DNA from: Stegostoma tigrinum
Taxonomy: Eukaryota
Direction of reading: 5' to 3'
Assembly: GCF_030684315.1 (NCBI RefSeq)
Contig: NC_081396.1
Coordinates: 2,418,001 to 2,482,000, forward strand
DNA length: 64,000 bases
Within the stretch, counting starts at the first letter, position 1, and each line of letters starts with the position of its first letter. A program made the translations under genes and the position numbers. Below the pieces are notes generated by a model, which was given only the letters and a program-made list of their open reading frames with translations, made no database searches and was not told the origin of the DNA. Positions 38,886 through 51,340 of the stretch are shown here, one piece after another.

Positions 38886-38982
38886 AAGAGGAGTGTTTCC
38901 TCAAATTGAAAACAAGAGAAATGTCTGCTTTTCTAATTTCTGTCATGGACTATCAGTGACTTTTCGTGAGCTCGTTTTACAG

Positions 38983-39150
38983 GATATGGATTGAGAATGA
39001 TTTGCAGACCAGGATCTTAAAACAAGTTCTGACAGTCAGCGGAAATGATCAGGGTCTGAATATCATTGGCATTTCACTGTGGAAGGAGAAAGGTTTGTCT
39101 GTTCTCTCTGCGGGAAAATAATTCTGATATGTGTGTAACTCGAAAATCAG
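38983..39150 (+). pseudogene. Truncated start of a ZNF exon
   Basis: Acceptor ttttacag, cluster leader (gatttgcagac...ctgaatatcat) and one degenerate finger start (FVCSLCGK). Confidence 0.6.
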
Positions 39151-39869
39151 CAGAATATTTCAATTCGTTCTTAGATCGCCCTGGAGTAAGTGTTCAGTTC
39201 TGGGCCCTGCAGCTGAAGATGGAGATATTGGCTTGAGGGGGTCGCAGATTTATCTGAATAACACCTCAACTCTTGGAAAGAATTATCATATTTCATCCCA
39301 ATCACCTACTTCATGATTTTAATCTATAATTTCCTCATTCTCACATTCCTGTAAACTTCCCTTTAAATTCCTGCGTACCCCTTCAGGTGGATCATTCTAG
39401 ATCCTTGAGCCTGAAGCATTGTAAAGTGCTAAATTGAAAGATGAGATGCTTTCCTCTGTGCTCCCATTGAGCTGCGTTTAACAGTAAACGATACTGAAGA
39501 CAGTGTAGGTATGAGCAGACAAATAAAATGACAAGGCTGTGCTGTGAGTCCTGCTTGGCACAATGAGAGCGCTTTGGAGTTGGGTGAAAGCAGACAGTGA
39601 GGCAAGACGGGGAGAAGATGAAGCTGGAAGTCTGAGTGTGGTGCTTTGTCTTTATTCGGGCAGTTCAGAAAGTGACATGGTCCCAATGGAAAGAGCCAAC
39701 TGGAAAGTGATACCCGCAGTGTATTTCCTTCCAATTTTTAAAATATAATGTTCAGCTGAAGTACAGAAAGGGAATTTCAATTATAATAGAATTGTTTGAA
39801 ATGAAGGAAGATCCTTAGCTCAATAAAATTTCTTAAAGCGAGTAACTAGCTTAATCTACAGAGAAGTCA

Positions 39870-40810
39870 TGATAGGAGATCTGTGACCTGTGGTGTGCTC
39901 CTCTTGTTCAATGTAGGGAATAAGGAACCTTCCAGTGTCCCTGCTGGCTACGTATGCAGGAAGTGTGCCCATCTGCAGCTACTGGCTAATGTTTTTGGAG
40001 CTAGAGGTGTGGATGGACTTACTGTACAGCATCTGTGACGCTTACAATGTTGTTGTCAGCACACTTAGCGAGGTGGTCATACTGCAGCTGCGAATTACAC
40101 AGGCCAAAAAGGAATTGGTGACCATCAGGTAACGTAAAAGGCCCTTGAGATAAGGGCTAGAATCCCCAGCGGTCATCCCCTCTCGAACAGATGTACTACT
40201 TTGGATACTGTTGGGCGTGGTCGGGATGACCTTTCAGGGGAAATCAGCAACAGCTAAGTTCATGGTGCCGCAGTTGGCTCTGCTGCTCAGAAGGAGAAGC
40301 AGAACGGCTGTAGTGACATGCGATTCAATAGTCCGAGGCACAGGCAGGTACTTCTGTGTCTACAGACATGAATCCGGGATGGAACGTCACCTGCCTGGTG
40401 CAAGGATCCGAGACAACATGTAGCAGCTACTTGACATTCTCGCACTGGAGACTGAACAGCCAGTGGTCATAGGTACATATGACATAGCTAGACAAAGATA
40501 TCAGTACCTGAAAGCTGAAGATAGGAAGATAGGAGATATGTTAAGATGAAGGACCTCAAAGGTAATAAAATCATCATTACTTCCAGTACCCTGTGCTAGT
40601 GAGAGCAGGAATAAGAGGATAGACCAGATGAATGTGGGGCTGGAGAAATGGTGTACCAGAGAAAGGTTCAGATTCCTGAGACATTGAGACCGTTTGTGCG
40701 TAAGGTTGGACCTTCACAAGCTTGACCCATTGTCCCTGGGCATAGCTGGGACAGATCTCCTCTGGGGCCTTTTGTTAGTTCCTTCGGTGAGGTTTTAAAC
40801 TAGTATGGCA
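39870..40810 (+). mobile_element. CR1 LINE ORF1 relic (zinc-binding motif plus GDSL/SGNH esterase)
   Basis: CSSCS...YVCRKCAHLQLL, VVTCDSIVRG (GDS-like) and HLPGARIRD in broken frames. Confidence 0.75.
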
Positions 40811-41469
40811 GGGGAATCAGAACCAAAGTGTAGGCTTATATGGGTCAGATCTAGATCAGGACATGAGATGCAGAATAATAGCTAGTGATCCAAACAGCAG
40901 CTCAAAGACAAAAAAATGGAGGATTAAATGAGGATAGATTCTGTCTTCATACATCACTCCTGACATTCGCAAGAATCAGCCTGATGAGCCTTGTTTACAC
41001 GCTCTCAATGGCCAGGGCATCCTTCCTTGGGAAACGGGAACAAATTTGCGCACAATACTTCAGGTGTGGTCTCACCAAAGCCCTGAGAGAAACATATCCC
41101 AGTTCCTGTACTCAAATCCTGTCACTATCGTTTGCATTCTTCACTGCTTCCTTCCTAAGAGAAGCAGTCACAGAGAAACATGGAACAAACTGAGGTCACA
41201 GTCTCAGATATAAAGTTGTTTCACACCATGTCCCCCGTCGTATCCATGTTAGTCATCAAGCACCTATTTACTCCCGTTCCATTTTCTGGCACTCAGTGTG
41301 TAACCTATATTGTAGTGCCTTTTATGATCATCTAAACACTTCTTCAAAGTTGGAAGAATTCCTGCATCTGTCGCCATTTCTGATGCTGTGAGACCTGGTG
41401 AATGTCTCCAGCATTTTCCTATTTTTATTTCAGATTTCCACCGTTTTGCTTTTGCACTTAAAGTAATAA

Positions 41470-42370
41470 GTTGTAGAGCACAGAAACAGACCCTTCGGTC
41501 CAACTCAACCATGTTGACCAGATATCCTGAACTGATATGGTCACCTTGAACAGCATTTGGCCCATATCACTCTAAAGCTTTCCTACTCAGGTGATGCCTA
41601 CTCATCCAGATGCCTTTTAAATGTTGTAACTGTACCAGCCTCCACCACGTCCTCTGGCAGCTCATTATATACACGCACCACCCTCTGCATGAATAGGTTG
41701 TCCCTAAGCTTCCTTTTGAATCTTGCCCCTTTCATCTCAAATCTAGGCCCTCCAGTTTTGGACTCCACTAGCCTGGGAAAAAGACCATGACTATTCACCC
41801 TATCCATGTGCCTCAAGTTTTTATAAACTTATAGAAGGTCACCCCTCAGCCTCCAGCGAAAATAGCCTCAACCCATTAAGTCTCTCCCTGTAGTTCAAAC
41901 CTCCAACCCTGACAACGTCCTTGTTTCTAACCCTTTCAAGTTTAACATTTTTCCTATAGCAGGGAGACCAGAACTGAATGCAGTTTTCCAAAAATGGCCT
42001 AACCCATGTCTTGTACAGCCACAACAACTCCTATAATTAATTCACCGAGAAATAAGGCCGCCTTCACTGTCCTATCTACCCGAGACTCCACTGTAAAGGA
42101 ACCATAAACCTGCACTCCAAAGTCTTTGTTTGGCAACACTCCCCAGAACCTTACCGTTAACTGTCTAAGTCCTGCCCTGATAACATCTTTCCTACAGCTG
42201 GGAGACAGAATTGAGTACAGTATTCTAAAATTGGCCTCACCAGTGTCCTATCGAGTCATGACATGAGCTCCCACCTCTGATACTCAGTGAACTGACAAGT
42301 AGAGGGAAATGTACCAAAGACCTTCTTCACCCTGTCTACCTGCAACTCCACTTTCAAAGAACTATGCACT
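41470..42370 (-). mobile_element. CR1 LINE 3' fragments
   Basis: LYKTWVRPFLENCIQFWSP and LFMQRVVRVYNELPEDVVEAGTVTTFKRHLD. Confidence 0.85.
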
Positions 42371-42847
42371 ACTTCTTCATCCTTGAGAGGGGTTGTAGTG
42401 TATGGGGAGAAAACAGGAACAGGGTTGAGTTGTAAATCTATAAAATTCAAGTCCTTCATGTGTACGTCTTCCACCTCTATCTCTTTCTGACGTTTTTTTT
42501 GTGCCAACACAGACTGGTTCTTTTCCCAGAAGGAGCTTTACGAACCAGTTCAGTTTTAATGATAATCCCAGTTTCCCTCGATGTCATTTCCACAACTGAA
42601 GAGATTAATTGCTGTCAGGTTCACAACCTGTGTGTTGTTCTGGTTTTCCTGATACAGTTATTTTCTGTTTGAAAGGTTGATTTGTAATTAGAGACTTCAG
42701 GTGAAACCATCTCCAGATCCAACAGTCACTCTGTTTATCAAATCTAATTTTCTCAGGATTTTGAACATTGAAGGAAATAGCTCCATTCACACCGGGGAGA
42801 AACACATATCGTCCGTGTGTAGAAGAGTCTATGAAGATTCATCTGAG

Positions 42848-44422
42848 ATGTCCAAACAACAGCACAATCACACTGGGGAGAGCCTTTTCAAATGTGGGAA
42901 TTGCGGGAAGGGATTTCTTTACCAATCCCAGCTGGAAAATCATCAACGCAGTCACACTGGGGAGAAGCCATTCACCTGCTCTGATTGTGGGATGGGATTC
43001 AGTCAGTCATCCAACCTGCGGATCCACCAGTGGGTTCACACAGGGGAGAGGCCATTGACCTGTACTGAATGTGGAAAAGGATTCACTCACTCATCCAAAC
43101 TGCTGGAACACCAGCGGGTTCACACTGGAGAGAGACCATTCACCTGCTCCATTTGTGGGAAAGCATTCGCGCAGTCATCCAACCTGCTGATACACCAGCG
43201 AATTCACAGGAGAGAGAAACCATTCACCTGTTCTGAATGTGGCAAAGGATTCACTCACTCATCTAAACTGTTGGAACACCAGGGAGCTCACACAGGGGAG
43301 AGACCATTCACCTGTTCTGAATGTGGGAAAGGATTCACTCACTCATCTAAACTACTGCAACACCAGCGTGTTCACAATGGAGAGAGGCCATTCACCTGCT
43401 CTGATTGTGGGAAAGGATTCACACACTCATCTAAACTGCTGGAACACCGGGGAGTTCACAGTGGGGAGAGACCATTCACCTGCTCTGCTTGTGGGAAAAA
43501 ATTCACTCGGTCATCCAGTCTGCAGATACACCAGCGAGTTCACACGGGGGAGAGGCCATTCACCTGCCCCAATTGTGGGAAGGCATTTGCTCAGTCATCC
43601 AACCTGCTGATACACCAACGAGTTCACACTGGGGAGAAACCGTTTACCTGCTCCCAGTGTGGGAAGGGATTCACTCAGTCATCCAGCCTTCGGATACACC
43701 AGCGAGTTCATACTGGGGAGAAACCATTCACTTGCTCTGACTGTGGGAAGGGTTTCACTTCGTCATCCAGCCTGTTGAAACACCAAGGAGTTCATACAGG
43801 AGAGAGAGCATTCACCTGTTCTGAATGTGGAAAAGCATTCATTCACTCATCTAAACTACTGGAACACCAGGGCGTTCATACTGGCGAGAGACCATTCACC
43901 TGTTCTGAATGTGGGAAAGGATTCACTCACTCATCTAAACTGCTGGAGCACCAGCGAGTTCACACAGGGGAGAGACCATTCACCTGTTCTGAATGTGGAA
44001 AAGGATTCATTCGCTCATCTAATCTCCTGGAACACCAGCGAGTTCACACCGGGGAGAGACCATTCACTTGTTCTGAATGTGGAAAAGGATTCATTCGCTC
44101 ATCTAAACTGCTGGAACATCAACAGGTTCATACCAGAGAGAAATCATTCACCTGCACCGCTTGTGGGAAGGGATTTACCCAATCATCCAACCTGCTGAGG
44201 CACCAGCGAGTACACACTGGGGAGAAACCATTCATCTGCTCTGATTGTGGGAAAGCATTCGCGCAGTCAACGATCCTGCTCATACACCAACGAATTCACA
44301 GGAGAGAGAGACCCTACACGTGCTCCGACTGTGGGAAGGGATTCACCCAATCATCCAACCTGCGGAGACATCAGAGAGTTCACGCTGGGGAGAAACATTC
44401 ATTCAGTCAACTCACCTGTTGA
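42848..44422 (+). CDS. C2H2 zinc-finger protein, 18 fingers, no KRAB
   Basis: Open frame from 42701 (GTG). First in-frame ATG at 42848. 18 canonical fingers. The true start may come from an upstream exon. Confidence 0.9.
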   Translation: MSKQQHNHTGESLFKCGNCGKGFLYQSQLENHQRSHTGEKPFTCSDCGMGFSQSSNLRIHQWVHTGERPLTCTECGKGFTHSSKLLEHQRVHTGERPFTCSICGKAFAQSSNLLIHQRIHRREKPFTCSECGKGFTHSSKLLEHQGAHTGERPFTCSECGKGFTHSSKLLQHQRVHNGERPFTCSDCGKGFTHSSKLLEHRGVHSGERPFTCSACGKKFTRSSSLQIHQRVHTGERPFTCPNCGKAFAQSSNLLIHQRVHTGEKPFTCSQCGKGFTQSSSLRIHQRVHTGEKPFTCSDCGKGFTSSSSLLKHQGVHTGERAFTCSECGKAFIHSSKLLEHQGVHTGERPFTCSECGKGFTHSSKLLEHQRVHTGERPFTCSECGKGFIRSSNLLEHQRVHTGERPFTCSECGKGFIRSSKLLEHQQVHTREKSFTCTACGKGFTQSSNLLRHQRVHTGEKPFICSDCGKAFAQSTILLIHQRIHRRERPYTCSDCGKGFTQSSNLRRHQRVHAGEKHSFSQLTC

Positions 44423-45174
44423 TACAGCAACCTGTTCACCCTAAAGAGAGACTGTTCACATGTTCTGTACATGGGAAGGGATTCACTCCATCATCCAAAC
44501 TGTTAGGACACCAGTAAGAAGACACCAGGTGGATTCTGTTCGCCTGCTGTGTTTGTGTGAAAGGCTTTGCTGTTTGCTAGCACCCCAGTAAATTCACACA
44601 GAGCCTAATGTGAAGGATTTTACTACTACCCACACCAAGGAATGAACCTTGATCATTGGACAGTTATTTTGATGTTATTAAACCCTGCTGTATTAAAGGT
44701 GTTGATATTGTAGATACACAACTGTATCAATGTTTTACCTCTAGGTTTTAGAAATAATCACAATGGTGCTGTACATAAACACTTTTACAATAGGTAAAGA
44801 TCTGCATACTGTTTATAAAGCGATTTTGTGGTTCCTCAGGAGGGGCTAAACAAAAATGAGTTTCTTAGTAACTGTCACCGTTGGATTTTGATTCTATAAC
44901 CAAACAGTTTTGTATTCTGGGCCTTTCTCTGATGTTTGTAAACAGCACAGGTTCAGTTACCTGTATGGGATAAAAATAATACAAATCAGTTTTTAAAAAA
45001 AGCAATGCTGCATCAAGTCTTTGTCTCATTCTGAGGGTCTTAAAAGATAAAATAATCAGTACCCTTCGCAGGAGCAGTTGCGTGACGGCACATCCAGAGT
45101 GAGATATAGTCTGTAATGCTGGAATCCAGGGACAATGTCCAAAATGGTAAGAAAAAAAATCAACAATTTTTTTT

Positions 45175-45408
45175 TGTTCATTCACCAGATGAAAGCGTTG
45201 TTAGGTAGTCCAGCATTTATTGCCCATCCCTCATTGCCCAGAGGGCAGTAAGAGTCAGGCTTATTGGTTTGGGTCTGGAGTCATATGTCGACCAGACCAG
45301 GTAAGGATGGCAGTTTTCTTCCCTGAAGACATTAGTGAACCAGATGGGTTTTGCCTGACCATCGACAATGGATTCATAGTCATCACTAGATTGTTAATCC
45401 CAGATATT
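45175..45408 (-). mobile_element. tRNA-derived SINE, headless copy
   Basis: Matches 4795-5030. Confidence 0.75.
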
Positions 45409-45469
45409 CATTGCTGTGGCATCGACATTACAGGCCAGTTCAGCTCCAAGAGAGTTTAAAAAGGTTGAA

Positions 45470-47135
45470 TGGCATTGATTTTTATTGCGACAATTTGACA
45501 AACAAGGCAGATGAGTTGAGGAAACAAATTAAAATGGGGTATGATGACATTGCTGTCAGTGAGACATGGTTGAGTGAGAGACAGGATTCGAAGCTGAATA
45601 CTCCAGGATGCACGATATTCACGTGAGACAGAAGGCAAAAGAAGGGTAAGTGTCACAATTATGGCCAGGAAATTTATTGCAGCAATAAGGAAAGATGGCA
45701 TCTTAGAAAACTCCATGAACAAACCTGTCTGTATAGAACTAAACGAGCAAGTATGGAGACAAATTTCAGAGCAGTGTAAAGTAGTAGGGGCATGATAGCA
45801 TAGAATTTCAAATTATCCAACATTAACTGTGGTCATCATGGTGTGCAATGTTCAGAGGAACTTTTAAAATAGGTCCAGTAGAGCATTTGAAGCCAGTATG
45901 TAGAAGTCCCAACAAGGAAGGGGGAGGTCTTGGGCTTAACTTTACGTGACAAAGGGGGACACGTGGTTGAAGTATCAACGGTGGAGCATTTTGCAGACAG
46001 TTATCATAAAAATGCAAGAGGGAATATAAATGAGGAGACATTGAGAGCTAAAAGGTGAACAAGAGTTGATACAGCCAGGCAAAATAAAGGAAAATTCTGA
46101 GTTGTTTTACCGGTATATTAATGGTTAAAATATAACAGGCAAAAAAAAGGACAATTAAGGACCACAGCAGTGATTTGTGTGTGGATTGATAGGATGTACG
46201 CTAAATTGTAAATTAAGACTTTATGTCAGTGTTCACTAGTGACAGAGGTGAATCAGGGAGGAGATCTGTGATGGAATTTAAAGAAATTAGTATAGAGAGA
46301 GAGGGGAGGTTTTGAGTAGTTTGGCAGGCTCAAATGTGGATTAAACTCCAGCAGCAGGTGAAATGTATCCTACATTGCTGGAACAATAAGTTCTAGGGAT
46401 GAATAGCATGTAATATCTTCAATTCCTCTCTGACCACAGGAAAGGTGCTGGAGGACAAAGAGCAGTCAAAGTGGAACTTTTATTCAAAAAGGGAACAAGA
46501 GATAAACCAAGAATCTGCAAGCCAGTCAGCCTCAGCTTGAGGCTGGGGAGACTATTGAAAGTAATTCTGAAGGTCAGAATTAATTTGTATTTGGAGAGTC
46601 AGGGATTAATCAAAAACAGTCATCATGCATTTTATTGAAGGGGATTTCATATCCGACCAACTAGATTCAATATTTTGAAGAGGTGTCCAGGTGCATCAAT
46701 GAGTGAAATACTTTTGATGTTGCCTCAATGGATGTCAACAAGGCTTTTGATAATGTCCCACATGGGGCACTGATGATAAAGCGAAGAATCAATTGAAATT
46801 TTGCAAACTGAATCCACAATCAGCTGACTGGCAGGAAGCAGAGAGTGATTGTCGAGTGATTCTTTTTCTGACTGGAAGCCTATGTCCAGTGGAGTCCCAC
46901 AGTGGTCAATGTTGGGCCCTTGCTGTTAATGGCTTATGTAAATGAATTAGACTTGAATGTAGAAGGGTTGTTCAATTCGTTTGCAGATGATGCAAAAGTG
47001 ATGGCTGGTAAATAGTGAAGAGGATAGCCTTAGCTTACAGGAGGATATAGACTGACTGGTCAGATGGGCTGATCAGTAATAAATGGAATTTAATCTGGAT
47101 CAGTGAGAAGTGACATATTTGGATAGGATAACTGA
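45470..47135 (+). mobile_element. Heavily decayed CR1 ORF2 (APE endonuclease plus RT)
   Basis: TNKADELR...YDDIAVSETWL (APE), KAFDNVPHG, SGVPQ and FADDAK. Confidence 0.8.
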
Positions 47136-47612
47136 TCATTCCATTCAGCTGTTAACCAAAAGGTTGGTAGTTTGTAGACCAGCCAGGAAAGGAAGCCTAT
47201 TTATTTTGCCCATCAACATACCCCATGACACCGTTCTGGATTGTCAACGGGAATTTTGGCAGAAAGACAATTTCGCCAAATGTTGATCGCGCCACGCAGT
47301 GAGGCCTCAAAAGACAGCTTCTAATGTGTGGGTGTTGCAAATTACGAAACAACATGGAATTTTGGAGGCCAATTGCGAAATAATTCATTGCCCCTTAAAT
47401 CCTGACCATCTCTGAAAAAAACACATGCAATCATGAAGATGAAGAAAGAGACTACCCTTTTCGCCAGGCGAATAAATATATGAAGCTGAGAGCAAACAAT
47501 GACAATATACTTGATAGACATACCTGAATCAAGATTTTCCAGTGTACGCTCCTTGTCTGGATTCACTTCCTCTCCCTTCCGTTGCTGCAAGTGAACAGTA
47601 TTCTCCCTCCTA

Positions 47613-48621
47613 GATAATAAAATGTGAGGCTGGATGAACACAGCAGGCCAAGCAGCATCTCAGGAGCACAAAAGCTGACGTTTCGGGCCTAGACCCTTCA
47701 TCAGAGAGGGGGATGGGGGGAGGGAACTGGAATAAATAGGGAGAGAGGGGGAGGCGGACCGAAGATGGAGAGTAAAGAAGATAGGTGGAGAGGGTGTAGG
47801 TGGGGAGGTAGGGAGGGGATAGGTCAGTCCAGGGAAGACGGACAGGTCAAGGAGGTGGGATGAGGTTAGTAGGTAGCTGGGGGTGCGGCTTGGGGTGGGA
47901 GGAAGGGATGGGTGAGAGGAAGAACCGGTTAGGGAGGCAGAGACAGGTTGGACTGGTTTTGGGATGCAGTGGGTGGGGGGGAAGAGCTGGGCTGGTTGTG
48001 TGGTGCAGTGGGGGGAGGGGATGAACTGGGCTGGTTGAGGGATGCAGTGGGGGAAGGGGAGATTTTGAAACTGGTGAAGTCCACATTGATACCATATGGC
48101 TGCAGGGTTCCCAGGCGGAATATGAGTTGCTGTTCCTGCAACCTTCGGGTGGCATCATGGTGGCAGTGCAGGAGGCCCATGATGGACATGTCATCAAGAG
48201 AATGGGAGGGGGAGTGGAAATGGTTTGCGACTGGGAGGTGCAGTTGTTTGTTGCGAACTGAGCGGAGGTGTTCTGCAAAGCGGTCCCCAAGCCTCCGCTT
48301 GGTTTCCCCAATGTAGAGAAAGCCGCACCGGGTACAGTGGATGCAGTATACCACATTGGCAGATGTGCAGGTGAACCTCTGCTTAATGTGGAATGTCATC
48401 TTGGGGCCTGGGATGGGGGTGAGGGAGGAGGTGTGGGGACAAGTGTAGCATTTCCTGCGGTTGCAGGGGAAGGTGCCGGGTGTGGTGGGGTTGGAGGGCA
48501 GTGTGGAGCGAACAAGGGAGTCACGGAGAGAGTGGTCTCTCCGGAAAGCAGACAGGGGTGGGGATGGAAAAATGTCTTGGGTGGTGGGGTCGGATTGTAA
48601 ATGGCGGAAGTGTCGGAGGAT
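47613..48621 (-). mobile_element. Penelope-like element (family 1), 5'-truncated, with open GIY-YIG region and complete 3' repeat
   Basis: ILRHFRHLQSDP...NVVYCIHCTRCGFLYIGETKRRL...GINVDF, stop at 47929. 3' repeat ends ttattatc at 47613. Confidence 0.92.
47677..47704 (-). ncRNA. Minimal type I hammerhead ribozyme motif (intact core) in the PLE 3' repeat
   Basis: CTGATGA a GGG tctagg CCC GAAA c GTC. Confidence 0.6.
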
Positions 48622-48739
48622 ATGAGGAAAAAAATGAAAAGGGGGAGACATTGCTTTGCTGCCTGATGTTGCAGAGGATCGAGTCTCTTTCGTATCGCTG
48701 GAAGACTTTGTCATTGTTACGTTGGGGATGGACCTTCCC

Positions 48740-48990
48740 TGAAGCAGCCAATAGGAACCGCTGGTCCAGGCTGCAGACCAGCCGCGCAGAAGCAGGAGCC
48801 CCGCCCCCACCCATTGTTACCCACTCCGTCGCCGGGAAACAACGTTTCCAGGGCAACCGGCTGCTGGCTCGGGCCGGAGCGAGAAGCCGCTCGGGGAGCT
48901 GCTCCGCCCCCTTTCCGCGCCGACTGCTGCTCCAGAAAGAGACAGGTCGAGCCCGAGCATTGGCAGCAGCCGCCCCGCCTGCTCTGCACA
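48740..48990. promoter_or_regulatory. CpG-island promoter-like segment
   Basis: High CpG density, GC boxes (ccccgcccc, ccgcccc), CCAAT on both strands and an X-box-like gtttccagggcaac (48844-48857). Confidence 0.55.
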
Positions 48991-49023
48991 GCACCCCTCC
49001 AAAACCCCATAGAGGAAAGGGAG

Positions 49024-49235
49024 TGAGGAACTGCAGATTTTGGAGAATCCAAGATAATAAAGTGTGAAGCTGGATGAACACAGCAGGCCAAGCAGCATCT
49101 CAGGAGCACAAAAGCTGACGTTTCGGGCCTAGACCCTTGCTCTCTGATGAAGGTCCTAGGCCCGAAACGTCAGCTTTTGTGCTCCTGAGATGCTGCTTGG
49201 CCTGCTGTGTTCATCCAGCTTCACACTTTATTATC
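49024..49235. mobile_element. Mini PLE insertion made of two inverted terminal repeats, 13-bp TSD, hammerhead motif at 49144-49171
   Basis: Perfect 80-bp inverted arms 49053-49132 and 49156-49235. TSD agaggaaagggag at 49011-49023 and 49236-49248. Confidence 0.92.
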
Positions 49236-50079
49236 AGAGGAAAGGGAGAACAGTTTCAAAAGCCTCATTTTCGTCTAGGTTATGTGAGAGCACAGGGTTT
49301 GTGAATTTTCTTGACAAAGAAGAACCGCAACAAGCGCTCAAGCACAATCAGAAGGTGTATGGGATCAGGCCCTGACTGTGGAAGGATTGAGTTTAATTCT
49401 GTCTGTGGGTCAGACGTGGAAAATGTGTAAATAGGGAGCAAAGACCATAGAGAAATTTGAAAACAAGAATGGAAATTTTAAAATTGAGGCTTTGCTGAGC
49501 AGAGGGCCTTAAATTTCTCGAAATATTTATTGATGGATCGTAGGCATTGCCACTTGGAACAGCATTGATTTATCATATCAGGTGTTCTAGAGGTGCTGGG
49601 GCCATGGACCACATCTGTGATGTTTGACTGCCCAATGGGGAGGGGGCTGGGTAAATAAGAGGAACTTCTCTTGGAGTTGCAATGTGTTAATTTAGAACAG
49701 ATGTGCAACAAGAAACTGGCATTCACTCTTGTAACTATCGTCTTTTCTGTGGTCTTGTCTGAGCCCAAGTAGCTTGGGAGAGGGAGCATGCCATGTCCAC
49801 GAGTATGATTAATTCCTTCATAACCATTGAGCACTGCTGAAGCATAGACTCTGGGGATAACTTTCTGGATTAGTTGGAAAGGCTCCTGTTACTTTCCTTG
49901 GGCATTTTGTGCAGATTTTGTTTTCTTCGAATTTGCTTGAACAATATTTGGAGAATTGAAATGGGGAAGAATTTTCCACGAAAACTAGAATGATGTCTTT
50001 TTAACATGTATCCTTGACTGATAGTGAGACTGATGTTGAGAAAGTCTTTTTCCAATGTATAAAATGAGATCTCATTTTG

Positions 50080-50915
50080 GAGGGCATTGAGGGGTAGATG
50101 GGAATCTCAAATGAAACATTAAGTCAGGATCTTACAGGGTCACAAGATTCAGCAGAACCTGAATACCTGAAGGAGACAGTGGATCCTTTCCCACATTGGT
50201 GAATGGTTTCTCCCCAATGTGAATGCACCAATGAATTTCCAACCTAGCTGGAACATTGAATCCCTTCCCACAGTCAACACATTTCCACATTGCCCAATCT
50301 TCTTCATCTTGAGACTGCATATATGCTCTGACAGGTTAGATGATCAGCTGAAGCTTTTCTAAATGCAGAACACGTTCCTCTCTGCTCTGCAGGGTGCTTT
50401 CTCCTTACATGTTCAAAATCTAAAGTTATTCTAGCTATAATAGATTGGGCGAATTCATTAGATCCTGATGTGATGTTTGGTTTGAGCTTCCCCAACTGCA
50501 AATGCTCCTTTTCTTTACACCTTGTGAAACTGATTTCAATTTCTTTGTATTTATTCATGGGCCACCACTAGATTCACACTAGGGAGATGGTACTCAGCTG
50601 CTCTGATTGGGGGAAGCAATTCAGTCACACATCCAACCTGTTGCCACACCAGTGAGTCCACACTGAGGAGAGGCTGTTCACTTGCTCCGAGTGTGGGAAG
50701 AGATTCGATCAGTGATACACCCTCCTTAGACACCAGCACACTCACACTGGGGAGAGACCAGCCACCTGCTCCCAATGTGGAAAGGGACTCATTTGTTCAT
50801 TCCACCTCCTGAGACACAGATGGTGTCACGCTGGTGAGAGGCCATTCTCCTGCTCTGAGTGTGGAAAGAAATTCAGAGGCATCCCACCGGTTGAGTCGCC
50901 AGCAAGTTCACCAGC
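50080..50915. pseudogene. Chimeric ZNF pseudogene: plus leader, inverted paralog fragment, plus fingers
   Basis: Plus leader about 50080-50170, minus leader and finger (MWKCVDCGKGFNVPARLEIH) about 50180-50555, plus fingers about 50560-50915. Confidence 0.75.
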
Positions 50916-51230
50916 AACCGCACTAATGGGAACTTGATTATCAGTGATTAGCTCTGTACGTTGTTGATGCTGATAAATTTCCACCCGGTCATAGGTGTAT
51001 AAAATTCAAATACACCAGCTTTGTATTAATTACCAGTGTTTTTACCAGGTGTCCTGTTCATGTCTCCAACATGAGAGGTCCTTTTGAAACGTTATTCCTA
51101 CCCATCCCCACCCCTTCTGTCCTGACTCCTCCATCCCCACGACAGACAACAAGTGTGAGGTGCTCATGGATTTTCCTTGTCACTGAAATTGAGAAAATGT
51201 TCTCACTCTCCACTAGCCCAACAGGGATCT

Positions 51231-51340
51231 TGTGGCACAGTTGTATTGTCCTCACCTCTGGACCGGGAGGCCCAGGTTCAAGTCCCATCTTCTACAGAGG
51301 TAGGTAGTAACATCTCTGAACAGGCTGATTAGAAAATATA
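51231..51340 (+). mobile_element. Short tRNA-derived SINE
   Basis: tggcacagttg (A-box-like), ggttcaagtcc (B box) and aacatctctgaacaggctgattagaaaat. Confidence 0.55.

Noticed and set aside
42701-44422. PRDM9 ortholog
   Set aside because: No PR/SET, SSXRD or KRAB exons are recognisable upstream, and the leader matches the local ZNF family.
48622-49023. Host sequence captured inside a PLE (chimeric ORF 47929-48810)
   Set aside because: The right-hand repeat pair has its own 13-bp TSD, so it is an independent insertion. The fused ORF is a chance read-through into a 5'-truncated copy.
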